This document shows positions 27,752-38,777 of a stretch of 64,000 nt of DNA, piece by piece. A program made the translations under genes and the position numbers. A model generated the notes under the pieces. It searched no databases. It was given only the letters and a program-made list of their open reading frames with translations, and was not told where the DNA came from. Position 1 is the stretch's first letter, and the number at the start of each line of letters is the position of its first letter. The stretch spans positions 43,565-107,564 of the forward strand of contig CAMAWM010000001.1 in assembly GCA_945861965.1 (NCBI GenBank), in the 5' to 3' direction. This DNA comes from Chitinophaga pinensis. GTDB taxonomy: Bacteria > Bacteroidota > Bacteroidia > UKL13-3.

Positions 27752-29098
27752 TCAAAGATTTCGAACTGCATTTTTAAATTGACGTCCACGATCTTCGTAG
27801 TTTTTAAATAAATCAAAACTTGCACAAGCAGGCGAAAGCAAAACTGCCTCACCTGATTTTGATAATTTAAATGCAACGTGTACCGCTTCTTGAGCACTGG
27901 TTGTATTTATTATCATGTCTACATCTTTGCCAAATGCCTCATGAATTTTAGAATTATCTAAGCCAAGACAAACAATAATTCTTACTTTTTCTTTGACCAT
28001 TTCTTTAAGCATAGTGTAGTCGTTTCCTTTGTCAGTTCCACCAGCAATCCATATTGTTGGTTTGTCCATACTTTCTAAAGCATACCAAGCAGAGTTTACA
28101 TTGGTCGCTTTCGAGTCGTTAATAAAATCAATGCCTCTAATGGTTGCTACTTTTTCAAGTCGGTGTTCCACATTTTGGAAATCCATTAGTGCTTCGCGAA
28201 TGGTTTCATTGCGAATGTCTAATGATTGTCCGATGATGGCTGCGGCCATTGAGTTGTAGGTGTTGTGCCTACCGCGTAATGCAAGTTCTGATGTTAACAT
28301 AGTTAAAGGATTTAATTGATTAGTTTTTATTGTTGAGAAAATTTCCCCGTCAGCCACATAAGCGCCAATTGCAAGTTTTTGGCTGTAGCTGAAAGGAATT
28401 GGATTCGAAGAAAAATTATGATTTGATAAATTATTTATGGTTAATTCGTCATCGGCACAGTAGATGAAATTATCTTTCTCTGTTTGATTTTGAGTGATGC
28501 GAAATTTTGAATCAACATATTTCTGAATACTGTAATCGTATCTGTCAAGATGGTCGGGAGTAATGTTTGTTAGCACAGCAGTTTCAGCTTTAAAATCATA
28601 CATATCATCCAACTGAAAACTGCTAATTTCTAAAACATAGTAATCGTAATTTTTTTGTGAAACCAATCTGGCAAAGCTGGTTCCAATGTTACCAGCAGCA
28701 GCTACATTCAAGTTTGCTTTTTTTAATAAATGTGTAACAAGCGTTGTTGTAGTTGTTTTTCCGTTAGTGCCAGTGATGCAAATTTTTTGTGCATTTGTAT
28801 AACGAGCTGCGAATTCAATTTCGCTGATGATTTTTATTTTTTTCTCGCGGATTTTTTTTACTAAACTATTTTTTTCGTCAATGCCAGGACTTTTTATTAT
28901 TTCAATTGCTGATAAAATAATTTCTTCAGAATGTCCATTTTCTTCAAATGGAATTTCATTTGTGATTAATTCTGATTTGTAATTTTCAGAAATTTTACCT
29001 GCATCAGAAACAAACACATTCAATCCTTTTTGTTTGGCTAAAATGGCTGCGCCTGTTCCGCTTTCACCGCTACCTAATATGATTAAATTATTTTCCAA
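27752..29098 (-). CDS. murD: UDP-N-acetylmuramoylalanine--D-glutamate ligase
   Basis: Mur ligase P-loop ([14 protein letters not shown]); its length and cluster position support the call. Confidence 0.9.
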   Translation of the reverse strand: MENNLIILGSGESGTGAAILAKQKGLNVFVSDAGKISENYKSELITNEIPFEENGHSEEIILSAIEIIKSPGIDEKNSLVKKIREKKIKIISEIEFAARYTNAQKICITGTNGKTTTTTLVTHLLKKANLNVAAAGNIGTSFARLVSQKNYDYYVLEISSFQLDDMYDFKAETAVLTNITPDHLDRYDYSIQKYVDSKFRITQNQTEKDNFIYCADDELTINNLSNHNFSSNPIPFSYSQKLAIGAYVADGEIFSTIKTNQLNPLTMLTSELALRGRHNTYNSMAAAIIGQSLDIRNETIREALMDFQNVEHRLEKVATIRGIDFINDSKATNVNSAWYALESMDKPTIWIAGGTDKGNDYTMLKEMVKEKVRIIVCLGLDNSKIHEAFGKDVDMIINTTSAQEAVHVAFKLSKSGEAVLLSPACASFDLFKNYEDRGRQFKNAVRNL

Positions 29099-29105
29099 CT
29101 TAATT

Positions 29106-30032
29106 TTATATTTTTAAATAATTTTTAATCCAATTCATTAATTCTTTTTCATCTACAATCGACCATGAATGAGGATTACGTGTTCCATTTATTCTATACC
29201 CTTTTCCACTTGTAACAATTAATTCTGCTTGTTTATTTCCGAGTATTCTTAAATCATTAATCATGGCTGAACAATCAGATGAATTCAAATCATAAAAATC
29301 TCTTGCACGATTTTCAATTTGCCAGTTGATGTCAGGTTCTGTATAAAGTCTTACAGGAATATTTTTTAATGATGCGATATGCTTATTCGTATTGTCTGTG
29401 TATGTATATGCAGAATATTTTCTTAATTCTTCATTTGATTTTCCAAATAAATCCTTCATTTTTTCTTTGATAAACTTTGCTTCTTTAACACTTGCTTCTG
29501 ATGAATTACGGACAATTGCTTTATCAATAGAAATTAACATTCGTTCTAAATCAAGTGGAGGATCAATACCAAAAAGCATAGCAGGATTTGGTAATTTGCT
29601 TTCAGCTTGTAAAGCTCTTTCAGCATATTTAACTGCACCAGATGCACCAAGAGAAAATCCGCCAATAATGAATGGTTTGTTTTGAAGGTTATATTTTGAA
29701 ACTACTTCAATTATTATTGATGATAAAATATTTTGAGAGGTAGAATCAAGATAAAAAGTATCCCAATTTTTTAATGATGGAAGAATCAATAAAATATTTT
29801 CTGCTGCGGCAGAATTTGTTATTTTAGAGTCATTAAAAACATTTGAAGGAGCCTCGCCATATCCTGGCAGAAGAACCATCCATGCTTTAATTTCTTTTTC
29901 AGGAATTACAGCAAAATAAAAATTTCTTGAACTATCGGGAGCACTTCTAAAAGTCATTTCAAACTTTTGCGCAAAACTTAAAAGAGAAAAAATTAATGAA
30001 ACTATAAATAAAAAAGTTTTTTTGTTTTTCAT
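29106..30032 (-). CDS. Secreted alpha/beta-hydrolase-type esterase inserted between murD and mraY
   Basis: Signal peptide MKNKKTFLFIVSLIFSLLSFAQ. Nucleophile-elbow motif GGFSLGASG (GxSxG) and a conserved His near the C-terminus (NPHSW). Confidence 0.6.
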   Translation of the reverse strand: MKNKKTFLFIVSLIFSLLSFAQKFEMTFRSAPDSSRNFYFAVIPEKEIKAWMVLLPGYGEAPSNVFNDSKITNSAAAENILLILPSLKNWDTFYLDSTSQNILSSIIIEVVSKYNLQNKPFIIGGFSLGASGAVKYAERALQAESKLPNPAMLFGIDPPLDLERMLISIDKAIVRNSSEASVKEAKFIKEKMKDLFGKSNEELRKYSAYTYTDNTNKHIASLKNIPVRLYTEPDINWQIENRARDFYDLNSSDCSAMINDLRILGNKQAELIVTSGKGYRINGTRNPHSWSIVDEKELMNWIKNYLKI

Positions 30033-30033
30033 G

Positions 30034-31302
30034 TTATCTTACTTTCATTGTTAAAATTGTAACTATAGCAAGCATGATTCCTATAATCCAAAAACGCGTT
30101 ACGATTTTTGATTCGTGATATCCAATTTTTTGATAATGATGATGCAGTGGCGACATTTTGAACAATCTGTTTGATCGTGCATATTCAATTCCGTGTTTGC
30201 GTTTTCGGTATTTGAAAAAATATACCTGCAATACCACTGATAAAATTTCAACTAAAAATATTCCACACAAAATTGGAATGAGCAATTCTTTTCGAACCAT
30301 GATTGCGAATGTTGCAATGATTCCGCCAAGCGATAATGAGCCCGTATCGCCCATAAATACCTGAGCTGGAAAAGCATTGTACCAAAGAAATCCAACACAA
30401 GCACCCACAAAAGCTCCTGCAAAAACAACCATCTCTCCCAGATGTGGTATGTACATGATGTTTAAATAATCCGAGAAAACGAAATTGCCGCTTACATAAG
30501 CCAGTATCCCAAGTACGGTTCCAATAATTGCTGAAGTTCCAGCAGCTAAACCATCCAATCCATCCGTAATGTTTGCTCCATTTGAAACAGCTATTACTAT
30601 AAATGTTACAACAAGAAGGAAAATAATGTAGTTGTATTTTTCAAAACCATCGCCTAAAAATTTTAATAAATCTTTGTAGTCAAATTCGGTTGATTTAAAA
30701 AATGGAATTGTTGTAGTTGTTGCTTTTTCATCTTTTGAATACATCAATTCGCCATCAACAACAACTGGTTTTAAATTGTTTTCTTGAATGTATTCGTTGC
30801 TAACATTTGTTGATTTGAAAAACTCTTTGGTTTTTACATGTTCATTAAAGTACAAAGTAGTGGCTACAATTATTCCCAAACCAATTTGTCCAGCAATTTT
30901 AAAACGACCAGCTAAACCTTCTTTATTTTTTTTGAAAACTTTAATGTAATCATCTAAAAACCCAACAGCACCAAGCCACACAGTAGCAATTAATGCAAGT
31001 ATTATGTATACATTATTAATTCTTGCAAAAAGCAAAGTAGGAATTAAAATAGCGGCAAGTATTATAATTCCGCCCATTGTTGGAGTCCCTGATTTTTGTT
31101 TTTCTCCGGCCAATCCAAGATCGCGAATTTCATCTTCAACTTGCATTCTGCGCAATTTTGCAATCAAGTTTTTTCCATACACCATCGAAATGGTTAATGA
31201 TAAAATAATTGCAAGTGCCGCTCTAAACGAAATGTATTGAAACATTCCCGCTCCCGGAAAGTTGAATTCGTTGTTTAAATAGTCAAATAGATAGTATAAC
31301 AT
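30034..31302 (-). CDS. mraY: Phospho-N-acetylmuramoyl-pentapeptide-transferase
   Basis: Polytopic membrane protein with MraY motifs ([14 protein letters not shown] ... [15 protein letters not shown] ... [13 protein letters not shown]). Confidence 0.92.
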   Translation of the reverse strand: MLYYLFDYLNNEFNFPGAGMFQYISFRAALAIILSLTISMVYGKNLIAKLRRMQVEDEIRDLGLAGEKQKSGTPTMGGIIILAAILIPTLLFARINNVYIILALIATVWLGAVGFLDDYIKVFKKNKEGLAGRFKIAGQIGLGIIVATTLYFNEHVKTKEFFKSTNVSNEYIQENNLKPVVVDGELMYSKDEKATTTTIPFFKSTEFDYKDLLKFLGDGFEKYNYIIFLLVVTFIVIAVSNGANITDGLDGLAAGTSAIIGTVLGILAYVSGNFVFSDYLNIMYIPHLGEMVVFAGAFVGACVGFLWYNAFPAQVFMGDTGSLSLGGIIATFAIMVRKELLIPILCGIFLVEILSVVLQVYFFKYRKRKHGIEYARSNRLFKMSPLHHHYQKIGYHESKIVTRFWIIGIMLAIVTILTMKVR

Positions 31303-31307
31303 ATTAT

Positions 31308-32771
31308 TTATTTATTAAATATTTTTAGCAATTCGATTAAAGTTTCTTTGTCGTTAAAATGTTTTTTAACTCCATTTATTTCTTGATAATTTTCGTGGCC
31401 TTTCCCAGCTAATAGTATGATGTCGTTTTTATAGGCAATGCTTACAGCAGTTTTTATGGCTTCATATCTATCAGATACTCGCAATGTTTTTTTGTAATGC
31501 AATGCTTGAACACCTTTTTGCATTTCGTCAATTATTGTCTCAGGATTTTCGTTTCGTGGATTGTCTGAAGTGAAAATTACTTTGTCGCTAAGTTCGCTTG
31601 CAACACTTGCCATTTCTGGTCTTTTGGCTGCATCGCGATTCCCACCACAACCAACCACAGTAATTAATTGTTCGTTGCGAGAGCGTATCTGATTTATTGA
31701 ACTTAAAATATTTTTTAGCGCATCGGGAGTGTGCGCATAATCAACAACACCTGTTATTCCATTAGTTGATTTAATGAAATCAAATCTGCCAGTTGGCGCT
31801 TCTATATTGCTTAATTTTGTAATTATTTCATGCTTTGATTTTCCAAGAAGTATGGCTGCACCATATGCAGCTAGCAAGTTGTAAGCATTAAATTTACCAA
31901 CCAATTTAAACCAGGCCTCTTGCGAATCAATACTTAAAAGTGTACCATTAAAATCGCTCTCTATAATTTTTGCTTTAAAGTCAGACATCGACTGAATAGA
32001 GTAGGTGCAGCGTGTGGCTTTTGTGTTTTGTAGCATCACCAATCCATTTCGGTCGTCTTTGTTTACAAGTGCAAATGCATCTGAGTTTACTTCATCAAAT
32101 AATTTCTTTTTGGCTTTTATGTAATTGTCAAATGTTTGATGGTAATCCAAATGATCGTGTGTGATGTTTGTAAAAATTAATCCGGCAAAATGCAAACCCT
32201 TAATTCTGTTTTGATGAATTGCATGTGAGCTTGCTTCCATAAAACAATACTCGCAACCGCGATGAATCATTTCATTTAGCAATTCGTTTATTTTTATTGC
32301 ATCGGGTGTTGTATGTGTTGAAGGAATAATTTCTTCATCAATTTGATTTTGTACCGTAGATAATAATCCCACATGATGCCCAAATGCTCTGAACAGTTTA
32401 AAAAGCAAACTTGCAACTGTAGTTTTTCCATTGGTTCCGGTAATGGCTACAATTTTTATTTTTTGTGATGGATGATCAAAAAATTCTGAAGCAATCAAAG
32501 CCATTGCTTCAGTACTATCTGCAACTTTTATGTAACAAATATTTTCATGTATGATAGCTGGAAATTTTTCGCAAACAATAGCCGTTACATTTTTCGTTAT
32601 AACATCATCAATAAAAATATGGCCATCAACTGTGGTTCCCATAATCGCAAAAAACAAAGAATCTGAATTCGCATTTCGCGAATCGAAAGTTAAGTTTGAG
32701 ACAACAACATCGCTGTTGCCCTTAACTTCAACGCCTTTAATTCCTTGTATTAATTGATAAACAGTTTTCAT
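31308..32771 (-). CDS. murE: UDP-N-acetylmuramoyl-L-alanyl-D-glutamate--2,6-diaminopimelate ligase
   Basis: [12 protein letters not shown]-loop; the DNPRNE motif (DNPR, meso-DAP specificity) is present. Confidence 0.92.
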   Translation of the reverse strand: MKTVYQLIQGIKGVEVKGNSDVVVSNLTFDSRNANSDSLFFAIMGTTVDGHIFIDDVITKNVTAIVCEKFPAIIHENICYIKVADSTEAMALIASEFFDHPSQKIKIVAITGTNGKTTVASLLFKLFRAFGHHVGLLSTVQNQIDEEIIPSTHTTPDAIKINELLNEMIHRGCEYCFMEASSHAIHQNRIKGLHFAGLIFTNITHDHLDYHQTFDNYIKAKKKLFDEVNSDAFALVNKDDRNGLVMLQNTKATRCTYSIQSMSDFKAKIIESDFNGTLLSIDSQEAWFKLVGKFNAYNLLAAYGAAILLGKSKHEIITKLSNIEAPTGRFDFIKSTNGITGVVDYAHTPDALKNILSSINQIRSRNEQLITVVGCGGNRDAAKRPEMASVASELSDKVIFTSDNPRNENPETIIDEMQKGVQALHYKKTLRVSDRYEAIKTAVSIAYKNDIILLAGKGHENYQEINGVKKHFNDKETLIELLKIFNK

Positions 32772-32797
32772 TTATTTTTATCTCGCAATAGTTTTAT

Positions 32798-34936
32798 TTA
32801 ACCTAATTGTAAATTCACTATTGAACCTTTATAAATTTTTTCGCCAGTTTTAATAGATTGACTTTTTACTTTTCCAAATCCTTGAATTTTTGTTTTAACG
32901 CCAATGTTTTCTAATAATAAAATGGCATCCTTTGCGCTCATATTTTTTAAATTGGGCATTTCGTTTTTTGAAATAATAACAGGAATTAATGCAACAGAAT
33001 TGTCTTGTTTCACTGCATTCATCCAATCGGTTTCATGCTCACTAATCGAGTCGTTGTGCAAATGAGACGAGATGCTCAACTTGTCTAAAATTATTTTCAC
33101 ATCGTCTTTATTGATCTTTTCGATTGCCGGTAAATCATTGTTGATTGAAGTGTGGTAATATTTTAATTCTTTGTGTAGTTGGACCGAATTAGCATAAACT
33201 TTATCTGCCAAATCTTTAAAAATAGGACCAGCGATATCCGCACCGTAATACAATCCTTTAGTTGGATTGTGCACTATTACATAACAAGTATATTTAGGAT
33301 TTTCTGCAGGGAAGTAGCCGCAAAAAGATGCACGATAAAGTTTGTTTTTATAACCGTTTTTTCTATCTGCAACCAACGATGTTCCTGTTTTCCCGGCAAC
33401 ACTGTAGTTGATGTTTTTTAATTTTGTTGCGGTTCCTCTTAACACAACACCTTCCAACATATTTCTTAACTTTTTAAGGTTCTCATCGCTGCAAATTTTT
33501 TCAACCATTGTTTCGCTTTTGTATTCTTTCAAAAGCATTCCATTGTTCATTATTTTTTTAACAAAAAATGGTTTTACCATTTTACCATTGTTAGCTACTG
33601 CATTGTATAAAGTAACTATTTGTAGTGGTGTAACCATTACTTCATAACCTATGCTCATCCAAGGAAGCGAAGGGCATGACCAAGTTTTATCGTCCGGAGT
33701 TTTTATATAGGATAATCCTTCACCTTTAATTTGCAAGCCAATTTTTTGATCTAGTTTTAATTTCTTAAAGTATTTTGACATTTCTTCAGGATGGTTTTGA
33801 AACGCCATTACTACAGCTTTTGATGTGGCAACATTTGATGATAATTCAAAGCATTGTTGTAGGTTTAATTTTCCTTTTCCGTGCTTTTCTGATTCATACA
33901 TTACTTCTTTGCCACAGTAAGTATGAGAGCCATCTTCCGTATCAAATAAATCGCTTGACTTTACTTTTCCATCTTCTAATACAGCAAGCATTGAAACTAA
34001 TTTAAAAGTAGATCCTGGCTCTAATGCTTCGCCAACTGCGTAATTAAAACGCTCTTCGTATTTATGTTCTGCTGTTTTGCAAAGGTTTGCAATGGCTTTT
34101 ATTTCACCAGTTGAAACTTCCATTAAAATGACTGAACCCCAATCTGCATTATTCGAATCAAGTACTTGCATAAGAGAATTTTCAGCAACATCCTGAAGAT
34201 TTATATCGATGGTTGAAATTATGTCATTCCCGTGTTCTGCAGCTATTTGTTCATCATCGTTAATTGGTATCCAAGTTCCTCCGGCAATTCGTTGCATTAC
34301 ACGTTTGCCACTTTTTCCCGAAAGGTATTTATCGTACGCGCCCTCAATACCAACTTTTGCTACATTTTTTTGTGAGAAACCTATTGTACGTTCAGCCAAT
34401 TGTGAAAATGGTTTTTCGCGTCTGTTTCTTTCCTCAAGTATTAGTCCTCCTTTGTATCTGCCTTTTACGAAAATCGGAAATTTCTCAATTTTACGCATCT
34501 GTTTATAACTGATTTTTTTCTTTAATACATAATATCGCTCACCTACTTTTCTCAGATTTGTAAATAGTTTTTTATACTCATTTGCGGTCTTGTCTTTAAA
34601 TTCATCTGAAAGTTTTTCTGACAAAGAATTGATATACGTATTGAAGGTGTCTTCCTTCGAAAATCCAATAGCTTTTGCATCAATAATTACATCGTAGATT
34701 GGCAATGAAGTAGCAAGCAAATTGCCATTGATATCAAATATATTTCCTCGAACTGGATCAATCTCAAACTCCTTTGTGCTTAGGCTGTCAGCCATTGCAA
34801 TCCATTTTTTGTTTTCAATGAATTGTATTTTTATTAAGTAGCATAATATAATACAAGCAAACACACACATACCTGCATAAGCAAAATAAGTGCGCATCAA
34901 AATAACTTTGCGTGTATTTGTATTAGTTGTGTTCAC
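32798..34936 (-). CDS. ftsI: Penicillin-binding protein 3 / FtsI transpeptidase
   Basis: N-terminal TM segment and transpeptidase motifs (GSTFK, SSN, KTGT). Confidence 0.9.
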   Translation of the reverse strand: MNTTNTNTRKVILMRTYFAYAGMCVFACIILCYLIKIQFIENKKWIAMADSLSTKEFEIDPVRGNIFDINGNLLATSLPIYDVIIDAKAIGFSKEDTFNTYINSLSEKLSDEFKDKTANEYKKLFTNLRKVGERYYVLKKKISYKQMRKIEKFPIFVKGRYKGGLILEERNRREKPFSQLAERTIGFSQKNVAKVGIEGAYDKYLSGKSGKRVMQRIAGGTWIPINDDEQIAAEHGNDIISTIDINLQDVAENSLMQVLDSNNADWGSVILMEVSTGEIKAIANLCKTAEHKYEERFNYAVGEALEPGSTFKLVSMLAVLEDGKVKSSDLFDTEDGSHTYCGKEVMYESEKHGKGKLNLQQCFELSSNVATSKAVVMAFQNHPEEMSKYFKKLKLDQKIGLQIKGEGLSYIKTPDDKTWSCPSLPWMSIGYEVMVTPLQIVTLYNAVANNGKMVKPFFVKKIMNNGMLLKEYKSETMVEKICSDENLKKLRNMLEGVVLRGTATKLKNINYSVAGKTGTSLVADRKNGYKNKLYRASFCGYFPAENPKYTCYVIVHNPTKGLYYGADIAGPIFKDLADKVYANSVQLHKELKYYHTSINNDLPAIEKINKDDVKIILDKLSISSHLHNDSISEHETDWMNAVKQDNSVALIPVIISKNEMPNLKNMSAKDAILLLENIGVKTKIQGFGKVKSQSIKTGEKIYKGSIVNLQLG

Positions 34937-35300
34937 TGGTTATTTTTTGTGGTGGTTTTTTTGATTCTTTTATGCCTGATGGATTCAATTTTTTGGCTAT
35001 TTCGCTTTGCATACTCTGGCTCATCATCTCACTCATTACACTTATATATTCGCTTCTCAACGCTTTATTTTCTTTTGTCATCGTGTCTGTATAGCGAATC
35101 AATTTTTCAGTGCTATGACCATTCCAAATTGTTAGAATTATTAACAGACAGCAGTAAAACATAAATGGCAACTGGTTAATTACGGCACTTCGCGAGATAT
35201 TAAAATCAAAGTCGGCAACTTTTTTTACGGTCTCAGTAAACACTGTATTGTCTACATTGTTTTCCTGATTCTCGTTTTCAATAATTATTTTGTTGCCCAT
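34923..35300 (-). CDS. ftsL: FtsL-like small bitopic cell-division protein
   Basis: 125 aa with a single TM segment (LPFMFYCCLLIILTIW). It sits between rsmH and ftsI and overlaps the ftsI start by 14 nt. Confidence 0.5.
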   Translation of the reverse strand: MGNKIIIENENQENNVDNTVFTETVKKVADFDFNISRSAVINQLPFMFYCCLLIILTIWNGHSTEKLIRYTDTMTKENKALRSEYISVMSEMMSQSMQSEIAKKLNPSGIKESKKPPQKITSEHN

Positions 35301-35323
35301 CTATTAATTTCTTTACAGTTCAA

Positions 35324-36232
35324 TTATGAAACATCGTTCCGTTCTGCAATTCTCAATTTTGCACTTCGTGCTCGCGTGTTTTTATCCAATTCTTTTTCGT
35401 TTGCTACAATGGTTTTTTTATTTAGCGCATCAAATGGTCGATTGATATTGCCATAAAAATCTTTGTTTAATTTCCCGTCAAAATTTCCGCTGTTCATGAA
35501 GTTTTTTACCAATCTGTCTTCAAGTGAGTGATAACTCATTACTACCAATCTTCCTCCTGGTTTAATGATTTCGGGGCATTGACTAAGTAAATTTTTAAGC
35601 GCGTTTATTTCGCCATTCACTTCAATGCGTAATGCTTGAAACACTTGTGCTAAAAATTTCCAATCTTTAATTTTTGGAGTTTGATCTATTATGGCATTTT
35701 TTAAATCAATAACAGTTTCGATTTTTTTTGATTTGCAATACATTTTTATTGCAGATGCCAAACGCCTGCTATTTTTTAATTCACCGTATTGAAATAAAAC
35801 ATCTGCTAATTCTTTTTCACTGTAGTTGTTTAATATTTCTGATGCGCTTTTCGAAGCTGATTGATTCATCCGCATGTCAAGTTTTGCATCGTCAAATCGA
35901 AAACTAAATCCTCGTCCTCCTTCGTCAAACTGATGAGAACTAACACCTAAATCAGCAAGCAATCCATCTACTTTATCATATCCTTGATACTGCAAATGGT
36001 TTTTTACAAACTCAAAATTCTGATCTATAAAAAGTAGTTTTTTGTCGATTGGCAAATTGGGTATCGCATCGTCATCTTGATCAAAAGCAATTAGTTTTCC
36101 TTTTGAATTCAGTTTTTCTAAAATAGCTTTTGAATGCCCTCCACCGCCAAATGTTACATCAACATAAACACCATCAGGTTTTATTTTTAAACCCTCTATG
36201 CACTCATTTAGCATTACTGGAGTGTGGTACAT
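35324..36232 (-). CDS. rsmH: 16S rRNA (cytosine1402-N4)-methyltransferase
   Basis: MYHTPVMLNECIEGLKIKPDGVYVDVTFGGGGHS. Confidence 0.93.
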   Translation of the reverse strand: MYHTPVMLNECIEGLKIKPDGVYVDVTFGGGGHSKAILEKLNSKGKLIAFDQDDDAIPNLPIDKKLLFIDQNFEFVKNHLQYQGYDKVDGLLADLGVSSHQFDEGGRGFSFRFDDAKLDMRMNQSASKSASEILNNYSEKELADVLFQYGELKNSRRLASAIKMYCKSKKIETVIDLKNAIIDQTPKIKDWKFLAQVFQALRIEVNGEINALKNLLSQCPEIIKPGGRLVVMSYHSLEDRLVKNFMNSGNFDGKLNKDFYGNINRPFDALNKKTIVANEKELDKNTRARSAKLRIAERNDVS

Positions 36233-36291
36233 TTTTTTACTTGTGTTTATTAAGAATATTTATTTTCTTATCAACTTGAAAACTCAATTAA

Positions 36292-36750
36292 CTACTTATC
36301 ATCCCTTCTTTTTGTCATCACTTCTTCTGCCATTGCACTAAAATCAACTGGTTGCTCTTTCAACATTTTATCGTACTGTTTCTGGCTCCATATTTCTATT
36401 TTATTGCCATAGGCCAAAAGCACTACATCAACTTTTATTTCTGCATAATCCTGCAATTGTTTTGGCAATAGAATACGTGAAGAAGTATCCATCGAAAGTT
36501 TATGAGCTCCACGTAAAAAATATCTTTTAAACTCCCTCTCTCTTTTAATGTAATCGCTCAGTTTGTTTATGTCTTCAACTGTTGTAGCCCATTCGTTGCT
36601 TGGATAAAGTATGCAACATTTTTCGAAGCCGCGGTTGATGAAAAACGAATTCTTAGCAGCTTTAGATAGCTGCTTTTTCAATGCTGCAGGGATGATAAGC
36701 CTGCCTTTGGCATCCATCGTACAAGGGTATTCTCCGTTTAACTGCGACAT
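36292..36750 (-). CDS. mraZ: Transcriptional regulator MraZ
   Basis: MSQLNGEYPCTMDAKGRLIIPAALKKQL with a duplicated SpoVT/AbrB-like fold. The ORF track starts 15 codons earlier at 36795, but that extension would read through the putative operator repeats. Confidence 0.85.
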   Translation of the reverse strand: MSQLNGEYPCTMDAKGRLIIPAALKKQLSKAAKNSFFINRGFEKCCILYPSNEWATTVEDINKLSDYIKREREFKRYFLRGAHKLSMDTSSRILLPKQLQDYAEIKVDVVLLAYGNKIEIWSQKQYDKMLKEQPVDFSAMAEEVMTKRRDDK

Positions 36751-36791
36751 CTTTTTGTTTTGTATTGCGATGTAAAACAAATTAAAAAAAT

Positions 36792-36822
36792 CCACTTTTC
36801 TCCACTTTTCTCCACTTTGTGG
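36792..36822 (-). promoter_or_regulatory. Putative MraZ operator: three direct GTGG-containing repeats at 10-bp periodicity
   Basis: Plus strand reads tccacttttc tccacttttc tccactttgtgg, so the minus strand reads AGTGG-AGAAA-AGTGG-AGAAA-AGTGG. The site lies 42-72 nt upstream of the mraZ ATG at 36750. Confidence 0.5.
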
Positions 36823-37121
36823 AAAAATAAATTTTAAAACTACGCGATGTGCTTTTTATAAATACTCGTAAATGCTTGTAAGTAAAGGCTTTGTTGGCAT
36901 TTGCAATCTCAAATTGTTTATTTGAGCTATCCACCAAAAAAAGATTTATAAATCAAAAAGTTGTTAATTATTTAAATAACTGCTATGAAAAATTTTAAAA
37001 AATTCGATGGATTTGTTTTATTTTAATCCTATCGTTTTATGATTTCACTACATTCAAACAATGCGTTTCGCTAAACCAAGCTTTTTGTTATTTTCGCTGC
37101 TCTGTTTTTTAAAATCAAATA

Positions 37122-38021
37122 ATGAGTGTTGTAGTTAATCAGCTTACAAAAACATATGGCCAACAAAAGGCCCTTGATAACATTAGTTTTGAATTAAGTT
37201 CAGGCGAAGTGCTTGGTTTTTTAGGCCCAAATGGTGCAGGCAAATCAACTACAATGAAAATTTTATGCGGTTACATACAGCAAACTAGTGGAGCTGCTAA
37301 TGTTTGTGGTTTTGATGTTCAGGAGCAAAGCATTCATGCAAGAAAAAATATTGGCTATTTGCCTGAACTTAATCCTTTGTATGGCGACATGTTTGTTAGA
37401 GAATATTTGCTTTTTATAGCCGACATTCAGCAAATGGGTAAACAATCAAAACGTGCTGTTGATGAAATGATTTCGAAAACAGGATTAAGTGTTGAGCAAA
37501 AGAAAAAAATAAGTCAACTTTCTAAAGGATTTAAACAGCGAGTTGGATTAGCGTCTGCATTGATTCATAATCCTAAAGTTTTGATTCTGGACGAACCGAC
37601 AAGCGGATTAGATCCAAATCAGGTTGTCGAAATTCGTAATTTGATAAAGGAAATTGGAAGAGATAAAACGATCATTCTTTCAACACATATTATGCAAGAA
37701 GTTGAAGCCATGTGCAATCGAGTTATAATTATTAATAAAGGAAAAATTGTTGCTGATGATAAAATTGAAAAATTGCAACAGCAAGCGAAAAAAGAATTTA
37801 TTATTTCAGTAACTTTCAAAAACAAACCCGATAAAAAAATAGTAGAACAAATTCAATCGGTAAATTCAGTTATTGAAAAAGCAGATTTGTTTATTGTCAA
37901 ATCTAAAAATGACATCCGTGAAGAGTTGTCAATGATTGCTTCAAAAAATAATTTATTAATTCTTTCAATGAGTCTTGAAGAAAACTCATTGGAAGAAGTT
38001 TTTCAAACTTTAACAAAATAA
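37122..38021 (+). CDS. gldA: ABC transporter ATP-binding protein, gliding-motility GldA-like
   Basis: Walker A (GPNGAGKST), ABC signature (LSKGFKQRV) and Walker B (LILDEPTSGLD); followed directly by gldF- and gldG-like genes. Confidence 0.65.
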   Translation: MSVVVNQLTKTYGQQKALDNISFELSSGEVLGFLGPNGAGKSTTMKILCGYIQQTSGAANVCGFDVQEQSIHARKNIGYLPELNPLYGDMFVREYLLFIADIQQMGKQSKRAVDEMISKTGLSVEQKKKISQLSKGFKQRVGLASALIHNPKVLILDEPTSGLDPNQVVEIRNLIKEIGRDKTIILSTHIMQEVEAMCNRVIIINKGKIVADDKIEKLQQQAKKEFIISVTFKNKPDKKIVEQIQSVNSVIEKADLFIVKSKNDIREELSMIASKNNLLILSMSLEENSLEEVFQTLTK

Positions 38022-38022
38022 A

Positions 38023-38754
38023 ATGCTTTCAATCCTTAGAAAAGAAATTCGCAGTTTTTTAAGTTCACTAATAGCCTATGTGGTCATCATAGTTTTTTTA
38101 ATAGCAATTAGTTTGTTCATGTGGGTTTTGCCGAATTACAATGTGTTTGATATGGGTTATGCTAACATGGACACCTTGTTCAGTATGGCTCCATGGGTTT
38201 TTATTTTTTTAATTTCAGCTATTACAATGCGAAGTTTTAGTGAAGAAAAAAAATCAGGGACGATTGAAATTTTAACAACAAAACCTTTGAGTGATATGCA
38301 AATTATTTTAGGTAAATATTTTGCTGGAGTACTGCTTGTTTTATTTTCATTGATTCCCACTTTACTTTATTTTTATACTATTTATAAATTAGGATTGCCA
38401 GTTGGTAATATTGATTCAGGCGCAACGTGGGGATCTTATTTGGGTTTATTATTTATGGCAAGTTGTTTTGTTTCAATTGGAATATTTTCATCTGCAATCA
38501 CCGACAATCAAATTGTTTCATTTATTGTCAGTATGTTTTTATGTTATGTTTTTTACAACGTATTCGATCTGTTTGCTGACTTTAAAATGCTTGGTAGTTT
38601 TGATTCTTTAGTGGCATCAATTGGAATTAATTTACACTACCAAAGTATTAGCAGAGGCGTTATAGATTCCAGAGACCTCCTATATTTTATAAGCTTTATA
38701 ACTGTTTTTATTTATGCAACAAAAACAGTTTTTGGATCAAGAAAATGGCAATAG
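38023..38754 (+). CDS. gldF: ABC-2-type permease, GldF-like
   Basis: 243-aa six-TM permease immediately downstream of the ATPase, separated by a 1-nt gap. Confidence 0.6.
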   Translation: MLSILRKEIRSFLSSLIAYVVIIVFLIAISLFMWVLPNYNVFDMGYANMDTLFSMAPWVFIFLISAITMRSFSEEKKSGTIEILTTKPLSDMQIILGKYFAGVLLVLFSLIPTLLYFYTIYKLGLPVGNIDSGATWGSYLGLLFMASCFVSIGIFSSAITDNQIVSFIVSMFLCYVFYNVFDLFADFKMLGSFDSLVASIGINLHYQSISRGVIDSRDLLYFISFITVFIYATKTVFGSRKWQ

Positions 38755-38777
38755 TTAACTTTAGATTGAAATAAATT

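Noticed and set aside
36751-36795. 15-codon N-terminal extension of mraZ (MDFFNLFYIAIQNKK) in the ORF track
   Set aside because: MraZ proteins begin MxQxxGEY. The extension would be translated through the GTGG direct repeats that look like the MraZ operator, so the start was set to 36750.
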